From contig CAVPJD010000011.1 in assembly GCA_963705165.1 (NCBI GenBank), positions 96,001-160,000 of the forward strand: a stretch of 64,000 nt of DNA, in the 5' to 3' direction. Below, piece by piece: positions 1 to 8,461 of this stretch. A model generated the notes under the pieces. The model ran no database searches, had not been told where the DNA came from, and worked only from the letters and a program-made list of their open reading frames with translations. The translations under genes were made by a program, and so were the position numbers. This DNA is from an uncultured delta proteobacterium. Lineage in GTDB: Bacteria > Desulfobacterota > Syntrophia > Syntrophales > UBA2192. Within the stretch, counting starts at the first letter, position 1. Every line of letters begins with the position of its first letter.

Positions 1-213
1 GGCTTCGGAGCGGTCGACGGCGATTATGCGGAGCCCGCGCTCGAGAAGCCCCTCCGTGACGAAACCCGCACCTGCGCCGATGTCGGCGGCAAGCCTTCCG
101 GGCTCGACACCAGCCACGGCAAAGGCCTTCTCACGGACGGCTTCTGAAAAGAACCCTTTTCGCAGGTTGTCCCACTGCGGGGCCACGGTATCGAAGTACT
201 GCCGGCTTTCCAA
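1..213 (-). CDS. Class I SAM-dependent methyltransferase (partial, runs off the left edge)
   Basis: Manual translation from TTG at 213 behind AAGGAAGG: MESRQYFDTVAPQWDNLRKGFFSEAVREKAFAVAGVEPGRLAADIGAGAGFVTEGLL...IIAVDRSEA. Contains SAM motif I (DIGAGAG). Not in the ORF track. Confidence 0.8.
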   Translation of the reverse strand, partial: MESRQYFDTVAPQWDNLRKGFFSEAVREKAFAVAGVEPGRLAADIGAGAGFVTEGLLERGLRIIAVDRSEA

Positions 214-228
214 GGGCTGCCTTCCTTA

Positions 229-702
229 TTATTTCCGCTCTTGCTTCAAAAACTTCTCGCTCTCCATGAATTCGCCAAGCAAGCGCGCCGTCGCCCCGGT
301 CAGGTCCCGGCACGCGAGCAGCTTCTCGCTTTTGTAAAAAGCCTTCAACGCATTGACATCCGACCAGTCCACACCGGCAATGTCGCGGCAATAGATTTTC
401 CCCTGGCCGATCTCCTCCCGGAACCGCTTGAGGAATTCACGGACCAAAGCCCACATCCGGATGTTTTCCTTCTCTTCATCCTTCCCGCGGCTGAACTGCA
501 GGCCGAAGACGGCCAACGCCCCAAAGACAGCGCCGCAGACTTCGCCCGTTCCCAAGCCACCGCCATAGGCACCCACGGCCCGGATCAGCTCTTCGTTGCC
601 CCTGCCCAGCTTTTCCTGCCCGACCGCAAGAACGGCCTGGCTTCAATGGTAGCCCTTCTCGAACATCTGTATCGCTTTTTCTCGCATCTCATCCGGTGTC
701 AT
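229..702 (-). CDS. C-GCAxxG-C-C family redox protein, probable selenoprotein (UGA at codon 20)
   Basis: Reads MTPDEMREKAIQMFEKGYH-UGA-SQAVLAVG in frame into ORF 229..576 (GGGLG...CGAVFG...YC...C). UGA at 643-645 sits at the family's first Cys position and is followed by a SECIS-like hairpin. Confidence 0.85.
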
Positions 703-705
703 CGT

Positions 706-1548
706 TCAACCTCCTTTCTTGAGCCTCTTGATCCCCGAGACGCGGACACTCACAACGGTCTCGGTGGCCTGCCGCGCCAGTTCCTCCATGGAGAGATTCA
801 GGGATTCGGCAAGCGCCGCAAGCATGGGGTCCGTTGTGACGCAGTCCACGGGAAAGGGCGTCTCGCTCTGGACCGTTACGTCCTCGAAGCCCGCCTGCCT
901 CATCTCCCCCAGGTAATCCTCCTTAAGGGCGGCGCCTGCGACACAGCCGATATAGGCCGCAACGGAGTTCTTCACAAAATCCGGCAGCGGCCTGGTCAGG
1001 ACGATGTCGGAAACCATGAGCCTGCCCCCCGGTTTCAGGACCCGGAAGGCTTCGCTGAATACGCGGCCCTTGTCGGGGGCCAAGTTGATGACGCAGTTGG
1101 AGATGATGACATCGACACTCCCGTCCTCGACGGGCAGGTGTTCGATGTCCCCAAACCGGAATTCCACATTTTCAATGCCGTCCTTCCTGGCATTCTCCGT
1201 AGCTCTTTCGATCATCTCCGGTGTCATGTCGACACCGACGACCCTGCCCGTCTTGCCCACGCGGTCAGCGGCCAGGAAACAGTCGAATCCCGCGCCGCTG
1301 CCCAGGTCGAGGACCGTTTCGCCCTCCTTGAGCGACGCCAGGGCGATGGGATTGCCGCATCCAAGACCCAGGTTTGCACCCTCGGGGGCTGCCGAGAGAT
1401 CGGCCTCGTCATAGCCGATCTTCTTGCCGATCTCCATGACGACGGCGGGCCCGCCGCAGCACGACACCGACCGGCAGCAGGAGCCGGATGTGGCGGCGAT
1501 GCTTCCGTATTTTTCGCGAACGACGCTTTTAATATCCTTTTCTTCCAT
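706..1548 (-). CDS. arsM: Arsenite S-adenosylmethionine methyltransferase
   Basis: N-terminal [43 protein letters not shown]. Confidence 0.92.
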   Translation of the reverse strand: MEEKDIKSVVREKYGSIAATSGSCCRSVSCCGGPAVVMEIGKKIGYDEADLSAAPEGANLGLGCGNPIALASLKEGETVLDLGSGAGFDCFLAADRVGKTGRVVGVDMTPEMIERATENARKDGIENVEFRFGDIEHLPVEDGSVDVIISNCVINLAPDKGRVFSEAFRVLKPGGRLMVSDIVLTRPLPDFVKNSVAAYIGCVAGAALKEDYLGEMRQAGFEDVTVQSETPFPVDCVTTDPMLAALAESLNLSMEELARQATETVVSVRVSGIKRLKKGG

Positions 1549-1566
1549 GTCAGCCTCCGATGTCTT

Positions 1567-1839
1567 TCAGCGGGTCATCATGATGGGTTCGAGGAAGTCC
1601 TTCACCTTGTCGGCCAGGAAATCCGCCTTGACGAGGGTGAAGCAGCAGATCTCCCCGTCCTTCTCCCAGCTGATCAGGGCCAGCTTGTCCCCCGTGCCGA
1701 TCTTTGCCCGATCGCGGAGCTCCTTGGGGAGGACCATCTGCCCCCTCTCGTCGATGCCGATGAGGGATTCCATCCGGCAACGGCTCGTGAATTTTTCCGC
1801 TGTCAGACAGCAGGTTTCGTCCTTCTTCTTTTTCACCAT
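1567..1839 (-). CDS. AbrB/MazE-type DNA-binding protein, HgcC-like (HgcAB-associated protein family)
   Basis: ESLIGIDERGQMVLPKELRDRAKIGTGDKLAL swapped-hairpin signature with CC pairs at both ends (WEKDGEICC). Confidence 0.8.
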   Translation of the reverse strand: MVKKKKDETCCLTAEKFTSRCRMESLIGIDERGQMVLPKELRDRAKIGTGDKLALISWEKDGEICCFTLVKADFLADKVKDFLEPIMMTR

Positions 1840-1870
1840 GCGTCAAGCACCTCGCAGTCAATGGATTCAG

Positions 1871-1920
1871 TCTGATTAATCAGAGCAATCAGATTAATCT
1901 GAATATATGGATGCTGTCAA
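1871..1920 (-). promoter_or_regulatory. Sigma70 promoter overlapped by two palindromic operators
   Basis: TTGACA on the minus strand at 1915-1920. Perfect 14-bp palindromes TCTGATTAATCAGA (1871-1884) and TCAGATTAATCTGA (1889-1902) cover the -10/+1 region. Confidence 0.7.
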
Positions 1921-2211
1921 GAACTTTTTTATGCACTGCACACAGGCGCCCTCAGGCAGGAAAAACCTTGCTTCTCATCCCCGGAGGGATTAACTTATAT
2001 ATGGATTCTACAGAACCCACGCTTCACACCAGCCCTCCACCTGGCGATCCCTCGCAGCATAACGCCTCTTCTCTTATTCTCCTGAAAGGCAAGGCATCGT
2101 CCTTGTCGAATCGATGATCCCGCGGAACCGGGATCGCAGAGCGGTTGTACACCCCGATGACGGGGCCAGGGGACTCCGCGTCAGCGGTTCAACCGCAAAG
2201 GAGGCCGGACC

Positions 2212-2799
2212 GTGGAATACAGGGGCTTTCTTTTCACGAAAATCGAATTCCGTGATTTTGACGTCGTTGTGCCTTTCGTGTGCACATGCTGCGGATGGTG
2301 CTGCGAGCACTACCTGCCACGGTTCGCCGAGAGCGAAATACTGAGGATCGCAGAGGACGCGCACCGGCAGCTCGATGAAACACTCAGGCAATATCTCGAG
2401 GGATACGATAAAAAACGGCACGGCAGGGATGTGAGCTGTATCTTCCTTCTCGGCAACGGTCTCTGCGGGATCCACGACCACCCCCTGAGGCCCGAGGTCT
2501 GCCGCCTCTACCCCTTCTCCTTCCGTGACGGCGACGAGCGATGCCCACCCTTTCGCTACCATCGCCGGATCGTCGCGGCCCTTACCGCGGATGCCGGAGC
2601 CCTGGAGCTTTACGATTCGAGCTTCTGTCCCGAGACCGGGCTGCGGCCCGTTCCCGGCGAAATCTGGCCTGCGATCCTGGGAAGATTTCTCGCGGCCGAC
2701 CCGCCTGTTGAGGTGATCGTGCCCTTTCTGGCCCTCAATGGCGTGCTGCCGCCAGAGATCGAAAAGCGGATGCCACCCGATGCGGAAATCCGGGTCTGA
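2212..2799 (+). CDS. YkgJ-family (CxxCxxCC) cysteine-cluster protein
   Basis: FVCTCCGWCC...CIFL...LCGIH..RPEVCRLYPF. Confidence 0.8.
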   Translation: MEYRGFLFTKIEFRDFDVVVPFVCTCCGWCCEHYLPRFAESEILRIAEDAHRQLDETLRQYLEGYDKKRHGRDVSCIFLLGNGLCGIHDHPLRPEVCRLYPFSFRDGDERCPPFRYHRRIVAALTADAGALELYDSSFCPETGLRPVPGEIWPAILGRFLAADPPVEVIVPFLALNGVLPPEIEKRMPPDAEIRV

Positions 2800-2820
2800 G
2801 GCAGAGTTTTCGGGCGATAA

Positions 2821-2853
2821 AAAACCCGGGACGATTGAGTTTTCCCGGGTTTT
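2821..2853. terminator. Probable bidirectional terminator
   Basis: AAAACCCGGG...CCCGGGTTTT between convergent genes. Confidence 0.6.
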
Positions 2854-2875
2854 GTCCTGCCTGCAGCCTCGTTCC

Positions 2876-4243
2876 TCAGGAGGCTGATTGGACGGCTTTG
2901 TCAGCCTGGCGCACGGCGATGAGCACGGGGTCCCAGGCATTCGAGTAGGGAGGGGCGTAACTGAGGTCCAGGTTGATCATCTCCTGGACGGACATGCTTG
3001 CGTGCAGGGCCGTGGCGAAGATGTCGATCCGTTTTGCCGCCCCCTCGATGCCCACGATCTGGGCGCCCAGCAGACGCCCGGAACCTTTCTCGGCAAGGAT
3101 CTTTACGGTGATGGGTCCCGCGTTGGGATAGTAGCTCGCCCGGGTGGTGCTCTCAATCTTCGCTGCGACATGCTCCAACCCGATAGCTCTGATCTCATGC
3201 TCCTGAAGGCCCGTCCGGGCAACCTCCCACTTGCAGATCTTGCTGGCGGCGGTGCCCACGACGCCGGGGAACGTGGCATAGCCGCCCCCCAGGTTGATGC
3301 CCGCCACGCGGCCTTGCTTGTTTGCGATCGTCCCCAGGGCAATGTGGACGGGCTTGCGGCTCACGAGATGGAAGGACTCGGCACAGTCGCCCGCCGCCCA
3401 GATCCCGCCGCTTGCCGTCTGCATCCGGTCGTTGACGCGAATGGCATTGCGGACACCGAGAGCAATCCCCGCCTTGGCCGCCATTTCCGTATTCGGGCGC
3501 ACGCCGAGGCCGAGGATGACGATATCGGCAGGGAGGGTTCTTTTGTTGGTCACGACGGCCTTGACGCGACCATCGGCCACCTCGAACGCCTCGAGGGTCT
3601 CTTCGCGATAGAGCTTGACGCCGGACTCGACGAGGGCATCGGAAACAAGGGATCCCATGTCGGGGTCCAGCGTGTTCATGACCTGCACGCCCCGGTCGAC
3701 GAGGGAAACGTCCAGTCCCCGCATGATGAGCGCCTCGGCCATTTCGAGTCCGATGTAGCCGCCTCCGATGACGACGGCCGTTCTCGGCTTTTCGTTGTCC
3801 ACGGCGTTCCTTACGGTGATCCCGCTCTGCAGAGAGTGGATGCCGTATATTCCGTCGGCATCCGAGCCGGGCACCTCGGGGCAGAACGGCAGGGCCCCCG
3901 TTGCGATCAGGAGCCGATCGTACGGCTCCCACCATCCCTTCTTGCTCTGCAGGCACTTCACGAGGACGCGACGGTTTTTCGGGTCGATCTCCTCGACCTC
4001 ATGGAGCACCCGGGCGTCAATGTCGTAATCGGACTTGAATTGCTCCGGCGTAACCGCGATCAGCGTTTTGACATCGTCGACAACCTTGCCGACGTAGTAG
4101 GGGATGCTTCAGGCCGAGTAGGAGGTATGGGGACCTTTTTCGAAGGCAATGACGTCCAGACCCTTGCTCAGCCGCTTTGCCTGGGCGGCGGCGCTCATCC
4201 CCGCGGCGTCCCCGCCTATGACCACAAGCCTCTCCTTTGCCAT
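2876..4243 (-). CDS. CoA-disulfide reductase/NADH oxidase-family flavoprotein, probable selenoprotein (UGA at codon 45)
   Basis: MAKERLVVIGGDAAGMSAA...HTSYSA-UGA-SIPYYVG continues in frame into ORF 2876..4009. Has GGGYIGLE, WAAGDC and DLSYAPPYS. UGA at 4109-4111 occupies the redox Cys of the SYxxCxxPY motif. Confidence 0.9.
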
Positions 4244-4418
4244 CGTTCGCGCCTCCTTCTGCTTTCGTGTGAAAATGATACCACAGAACCGGCTGCGACG
4301 TAAGCGGTTCCGAGCAGGCAGCCTGGCCGACCCCCGGGTTGCATTTGACACCGTTTTGTGATTAGTCGAACGGGCGGCCGGAACGTGGCCTTGAAACCGA
4401 CGCAGAGGTTGCCGAGAC

Positions 4419-4862
4419 ATGAACGAGGACCGGGACATCACTCTCGAGATCCTGAAAAAGCTCTTTGCCGTAACCGGCAAGGACTATTCGGAGAAGCTGA
4501 TCGACTACGGGACGAACCCCGTAAACGCCAGACCCCTCGAAAAATACGACGGCTACGGAAAGTGCATATCCGATGACTGCGGGGACGTGGTGGAGGTCTG
4601 GCTGCTTGTCAGAGACGGCAGGGTCGAAGAGGCCACGTTCCAGACGACAGGCTGCCTGCCGACCTGCGCCTCCGTCGCGGCGGCCACGGCGCTGGCCAAG
4701 GGGCGCCCGATCCGCGAATGCCTCAAAATCACTCAGAGCGCCATCATCGAGGAGCTGGGCGGGATGCCCGAAAAGGATCACCACTGTGCGCAGTTTGCGG
4801 CCCGGACCTTCCAGAGGGCACTGAGAAGCTACGTGACGGGAAGGAAAAACAAAACCGCATGA
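4419..4862 (+). CDS. IscU/NifU N-terminal-like Fe-S scaffold protein
   Basis: DCGDVVEVW, FQTTGC and HHCA give the three conserved Cys. Confidence 0.85.
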   Translation: MNEDRDITLEILKKLFAVTGKDYSEKLIDYGTNPVNARPLEKYDGYGKCISDDCGDVVEVWLLVRDGRVEEATFQTTGCLPTCASVAAATALAKGRPIRECLKITQSAIIEELGGMPEKDHHCAQFAARTFQRALRSYVTGRKNKTA

Positions 4863-4932
4863 GGGTTTCAGGCGGGACGGCAGATTGTGTTTCTACAGCA
4901 TAGAATTCGATTTCTGCGCGAAGTACAGAGGA

Positions 4933-4965
4933 GGACCGGCCGGGACATTTTGCCCGGCCGGTTCC
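4933..4965. terminator. Hairpin between convergent genes
   Basis: ACCGGCCGGG ACATTTTG CCCGGCCGGT. Confidence 0.55.
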
Positions 4966-4972
4966 GTATCGT

Positions 4973-5425
4973 TTACTTGTAGGCGCCGCAGCACAATATC
5001 ATATCACCCACCTTGAAGACGTAGGTGGTCTTCGCTTCGATCTTCTTGGTCTCCGGGTTCGTGTACTTGTAGTCCACCCAGCCGCTGCCCTTTGTCTTGG
5101 CTACTTCGACGATATCCTTGCGGAAAAGTTTTCCGTCCGGATCGGGAACATTGATGAGATCCTTCCCGATGAGCTTCGGGTTTTTGGGATGGGCGATGAT
5201 TTTGCCGCTCATGTCATAGGCAAACACGTAAAGCTCGCCCTGGTCGAACTGGCCTTTGGCAAGATTGATCTCCTTGAGCGCTGCATCCTTGCCGTTGGCC
5301 TTCGCATATGCGGCGGCTTTCTCAACGAGCGCCTTCGCATCCTTCTGAGACGCTACGGCACCAGAGGCAAGCGCAAGCCCTAAAACAAAACAAACCGCGA
5401 ACGTGATCATGAGGACTTTCTTCAT
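4973..5425 (-). CDS. Secreted stand-alone single Cache domain protein
   Basis: Signal peptide, then ELYVFAYDMSG..IAHP, DPDGKLF, GSGWVDYK.TNP. Confidence 0.85.
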   Translation of the reverse strand: MKKVLMITFAVCFVLGLALASGAVASQKDAKALVEKAAAYAKANGKDAALKEINLAKGQFDQGELYVFAYDMSGKIIAHPKNPKLIGKDLINVPDPDGKLFRKDIVEVAKTKGSGWVDYKYTNPETKKIEAKTTYVFKVGDMILCCGAYK

Positions 5426-5527
5426 CGATCTACCTCCAGGGAGAGTTATGGCTTTAAAATTCCTCGCTCCGGGGTGCGAGGAATTTAGAAACTCAGGGAT
5501 CTGGTTTATCTGTTATTATGCTCGCTT

Positions 5528-5730
5528 ACCCCGCAGCAACGTTCGACTGGCTCACGTCAGGCGCTGCGGGGACCGGGGGCGCCTGTGAAAGACCCCATTC
5601 CTTAATCTTCCTCTCCCTTGAGGGGAGAGGACAGAGGTGAGGGTGAATGCCCCCCTTCCTCAGATATCAGGTGCGCAATCATGTCTAGCCAATTACCTTA
5701 CCGGGAAGCCCCGCTGTGCGGAATCAGGCT
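5528..5730. repeat. Nested REP/MITE-like palindromic elements, including copy 1 of a dispersed ~80-bp repeat
   Basis: CCCCGCAGC...GCTGCGGGG arms and a CCTCTCCC TTGAG GGGAGAGG hairpin. GACCGGGGGCGC...GTGCGCAATCATGTC...TTACCTTACCGGG..GCCCCGCT.TGCGGA recurs at 25717-25795. Confidence 0.6.
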
Positions 5731-5954
5731 TCAATGCGCGTGCAATCGTTTTCAATCCGGGAGCGTTCCATGAATGTGACACAGCAATGGATTAGCACAA
5801 TCCGTGCCACATAGTGGAACTCGGCGGCGGTGCCCTTGAGTCTCGCCGGACCGGCATGAAATAAGGTTTTGCAGCCTGTTTTCAGATGGTGTATGGTTCC
5901 TCCGTCTGCGGCAGCTCGCTGCAGACGGGAAAAGATCGAAGGGAGAGAGTATTT

Positions 5955-8033
5955 ATGGCAGAAGACATCCGATGGGTAAAGACACACTGCGCACGCATGG
6001 ACCACGGGGGCTGCACGCTCCTGGTGGGGGTTCAGGATAACAAGATCGTCAAGATCAAGGGCGATCCGACAGGCTTTCTCAGCAAGGGCTACACCTGCAT
6101 CAAGGGGCTCGCCTCGGCGGACAAGCTCAACCACCCGGACAGGCTTCGTTACCCGCTGAAGCGCGTCGGCGGCCGCGGCGAAGGCAAATGGAAACGGATC
6201 CCCTGGGATGAGGCCCTGAAGACGGTGGCCGAGGGTCTGCTGAAGGTGAAGGAACAGTACGGCGCAAAAGGCGTCGCCTTCGGCGTGGGCATGCCCAAGG
6301 GGCTCGACCACTTTATACAGATCCGTCTGGCGAATCTCTTCGGCTCGCCCAACATCATCGCCTCCCAGGATGTCTGCCACGCCCCGCGTGAGATCACGGG
6401 AATGCACACCTGCGGGTTCTACCCCGTGGCGGATCTGCACTACGCGAGCAAACTCGTCGTCCTGTGGGGGAGCAACATCACCTCCACCAACGAGGAAGGC
6501 GAGATCTGCAGCATGCTGATGAAGCAGATCAAGGACGGTACAGAGATCATCGTCATCGACCCGCGGCGGATCGACCTGGCAAAGAAGGCCAAGCACTGGC
6601 TGCAGCTGCGGCCTGGCACGGACTCGGCGCTCGCCCTGGGGTTTCTCAACGTCATCATTGAAGAGGGCCTCTACGACAAAGAGTTCGTCGAGAAGTGGGC
6701 CCACGGCTTCGACGAGCTTGCCGCCCACGTGAAGAGCTACACACCGGAGAAGGTCTCCGAGATCACCTGGGTGCCGGCCGATACCATCCGCCAGGCCGCC
6801 CGGGCCTACGCTGCGGCAAAACCCGCGGCCATTCAGTGGGGAAACCCCATCGAGCACAACACGCAGACCTTCGAGACGACGCGGGCCCTGATCTGCCTCA
6901 TGGCGATCACGGGGAACCTCGATGTCCCCGGCGGAAACGTGGACCCCCGGGACCCCAAGATGCTGGGCCTGGCGCCCCTGGTTAGGGCCGATCTCATCCC
7001 CGACAAGCGCAAGGAGATGGTCGCCAACTTCCACGGCATCATTCCGCGCCTTATGACGAACGCGCCAGCCTACTTCCGGAAGGCGATCCTCGAGGACGTC
7101 CCCTACCCCATCCGGGGCGCCTACATGATGTGCTGCAACCCCATGCTCTCCTACGCCGACAGCCGTCTGACCTACGAGGCCTTCATGAAGCTCGACTTCC
7201 TTGCCGTTGCCGAGATCTTCATGACGCCCACGGCGGCCATGGCCGACATCGTGCTGCCGGCCGCGACCCAGTTCGAGTTCAACGACATCGGCCACATTGG
7301 CCTCGGCCACGGATACATCCTGGCCCGCCCCAAGGTGGTGGAGCCGCCCGATGAGTGCTGGCCCGACATCAAGATCATGAACGAGCTGGGCAAGCTCATG
7401 ACGCCGAAAGAGCTCTGGAAAGAGAACTTCGACGAGTTCGCCGAGGACGTGGTGAAGCCCGCGGGACTCACCTACGCGCAGTTCTGCGAGAAGGGCTACC
7501 TGAAGGGTCCCGAGCGGTTCAAGAAGTACGAGGAAAAGGGATTCGCAACACCGACGACCAAGGTGGAGCTGCGACTCAGCACCGCCGAGAAGTTCAAGCT
7601 CTCGCCGCTTCCCGTCTACAAGGGCCTGCCCGAGGCGGAGGACCCGGCATACCCGCTCGTTCTCACGAGCGCCAAGAGCCGCTACTTCCTTCATTCTTCG
7701 TACCGGTGGATCGAGAAGCTGCGCAAGCTCAACCCCGACCCGAGGCTGGAGATCCATCCGGAGACGGCCCGGAAGTTCGGCATCGCCGAGGGCGACAAGG
7801 TCCTCATCGAGACCCTCTACGGGAAGATCACCCAGATGGCCTATTTCAGCGAAGCACTCGATCCGCGCGTTCTGTGCGCCGCCCACGGCTGGTGGTTCCC
7901 CGAGGGCAAGCCGGAGACGCAGTACGACTGGCAGACGTCGAACTTCAACATGCTTACATCGGTCGGCAAGCTGGGAAAAGAGTATGGAACACCCAATCTG
8001 AAAGGACTTCCCTGCAGGGTGAGCAAGGCGTGA
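5955..8033 (+). CDS. Bis-MGD molybdo/tungsto-oxidoreductase, acetylene hydratase-like subfamily
   Basis: HPDRLRYPLKR, IVIDPRR, LRPGTDSALALG, FMTPTAAMADIVLP, C-terminal molydopterin-binding domain. Metal-ligand Cys in QDVCH. Confidence 0.88.
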   Translation: MAEDIRWVKTHCARMDHGGCTLLVGVQDNKIVKIKGDPTGFLSKGYTCIKGLASADKLNHPDRLRYPLKRVGGRGEGKWKRIPWDEALKTVAEGLLKVKEQYGAKGVAFGVGMPKGLDHFIQIRLANLFGSPNIIASQDVCHAPREITGMHTCGFYPVADLHYASKLVVLWGSNITSTNEEGEICSMLMKQIKDGTEIIVIDPRRIDLAKKAKHWLQLRPGTDSALALGFLNVIIEEGLYDKEFVEKWAHGFDELAAHVKSYTPEKVSEITWVPADTIRQAARAYAAAKPAAIQWGNPIEHNTQTFETTRALICLMAITGNLDVPGGNVDPRDPKMLGLAPLVRADLIPDKRKEMVANFHGIIPRLMTNAPAYFRKAILEDVPYPIRGAYMMCCNPMLSYADSRLTYEAFMKLDFLAVAEIFMTPTAAMADIVLPAATQFEFNDIGHIGLGHGYILARPKVVEPPDECWPDIKIMNELGKLMTPKELWKENFDEFAEDVVKPAGLTYAQFCEKGYLKGPERFKKYEEKGFATPTTKVELRLSTAEKFKLSPLPVYKGLPEAEDPAYPLVLTSAKSRYFLHSSYRWIEKLRKLNPDPRLEIHPETARKFGIAEGDKVLIETLYGKITQMAYFSEALDPRVLCAAHGWWFPEGKPETQYDWQTSNFNMLTSVGKLGKEYGTPNLKGLPCRVSKA

Positions 8034-8215
8034 AGAAGGGTATCGGGTATCGGGAATAGGGTATAGGGAAAGAAGCGGAAACAATCGTAATCAATAAAGG
8101 GCCCCGTCCGGATGCGGTATGTCTCTCGCGCTCCTTTCATCCTGGAGTCAACAAGACACCAATCGTCACAAGCATGCTTCCTTTCAAACGATAACTCGTG
8201 CCCGCTGGTGTCCGG

Positions 8216-8375
8216 TAGGGTGTTATCTGGAAACCAGATAACATCCTATAAGAAGAACTTTTGCATGCTTAACAAGTTGAATTGAACAACTTATTTCCAT
8301 CCTGGCACAGGAGTGATATATGGAAAAAGTAACGATTGGGCATATTATCAGGAAACCATATAAACATTGTTGGGC
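8216..8375 (+). mobile_element. attI-like integron recombination region (no integrase seen)
   Basis: Palindrome TAGGGTGTTATCTGG AAA CCAGATAACATCCTA and three related direct repeats at 8220, 8313 and 8342. Ends in TAAACATT-GTTGGGC, a GTTRRRY core at 8369-8375. Confidence 0.55.
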
Positions 8376-8461
8376 AACTCGGGCAAACCGTGAGACTAGG
8401 TCGGCGCAACAGCTGCTGGCGAACGATTATCGAGCTAACGCATTTAATAAGGAGATTATTT

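Noticed and set aside
8304..8320. Sigma54 promoter TGGCACAGGAGTGAT
   Set aside because: It lacks the GC at the -12 position.
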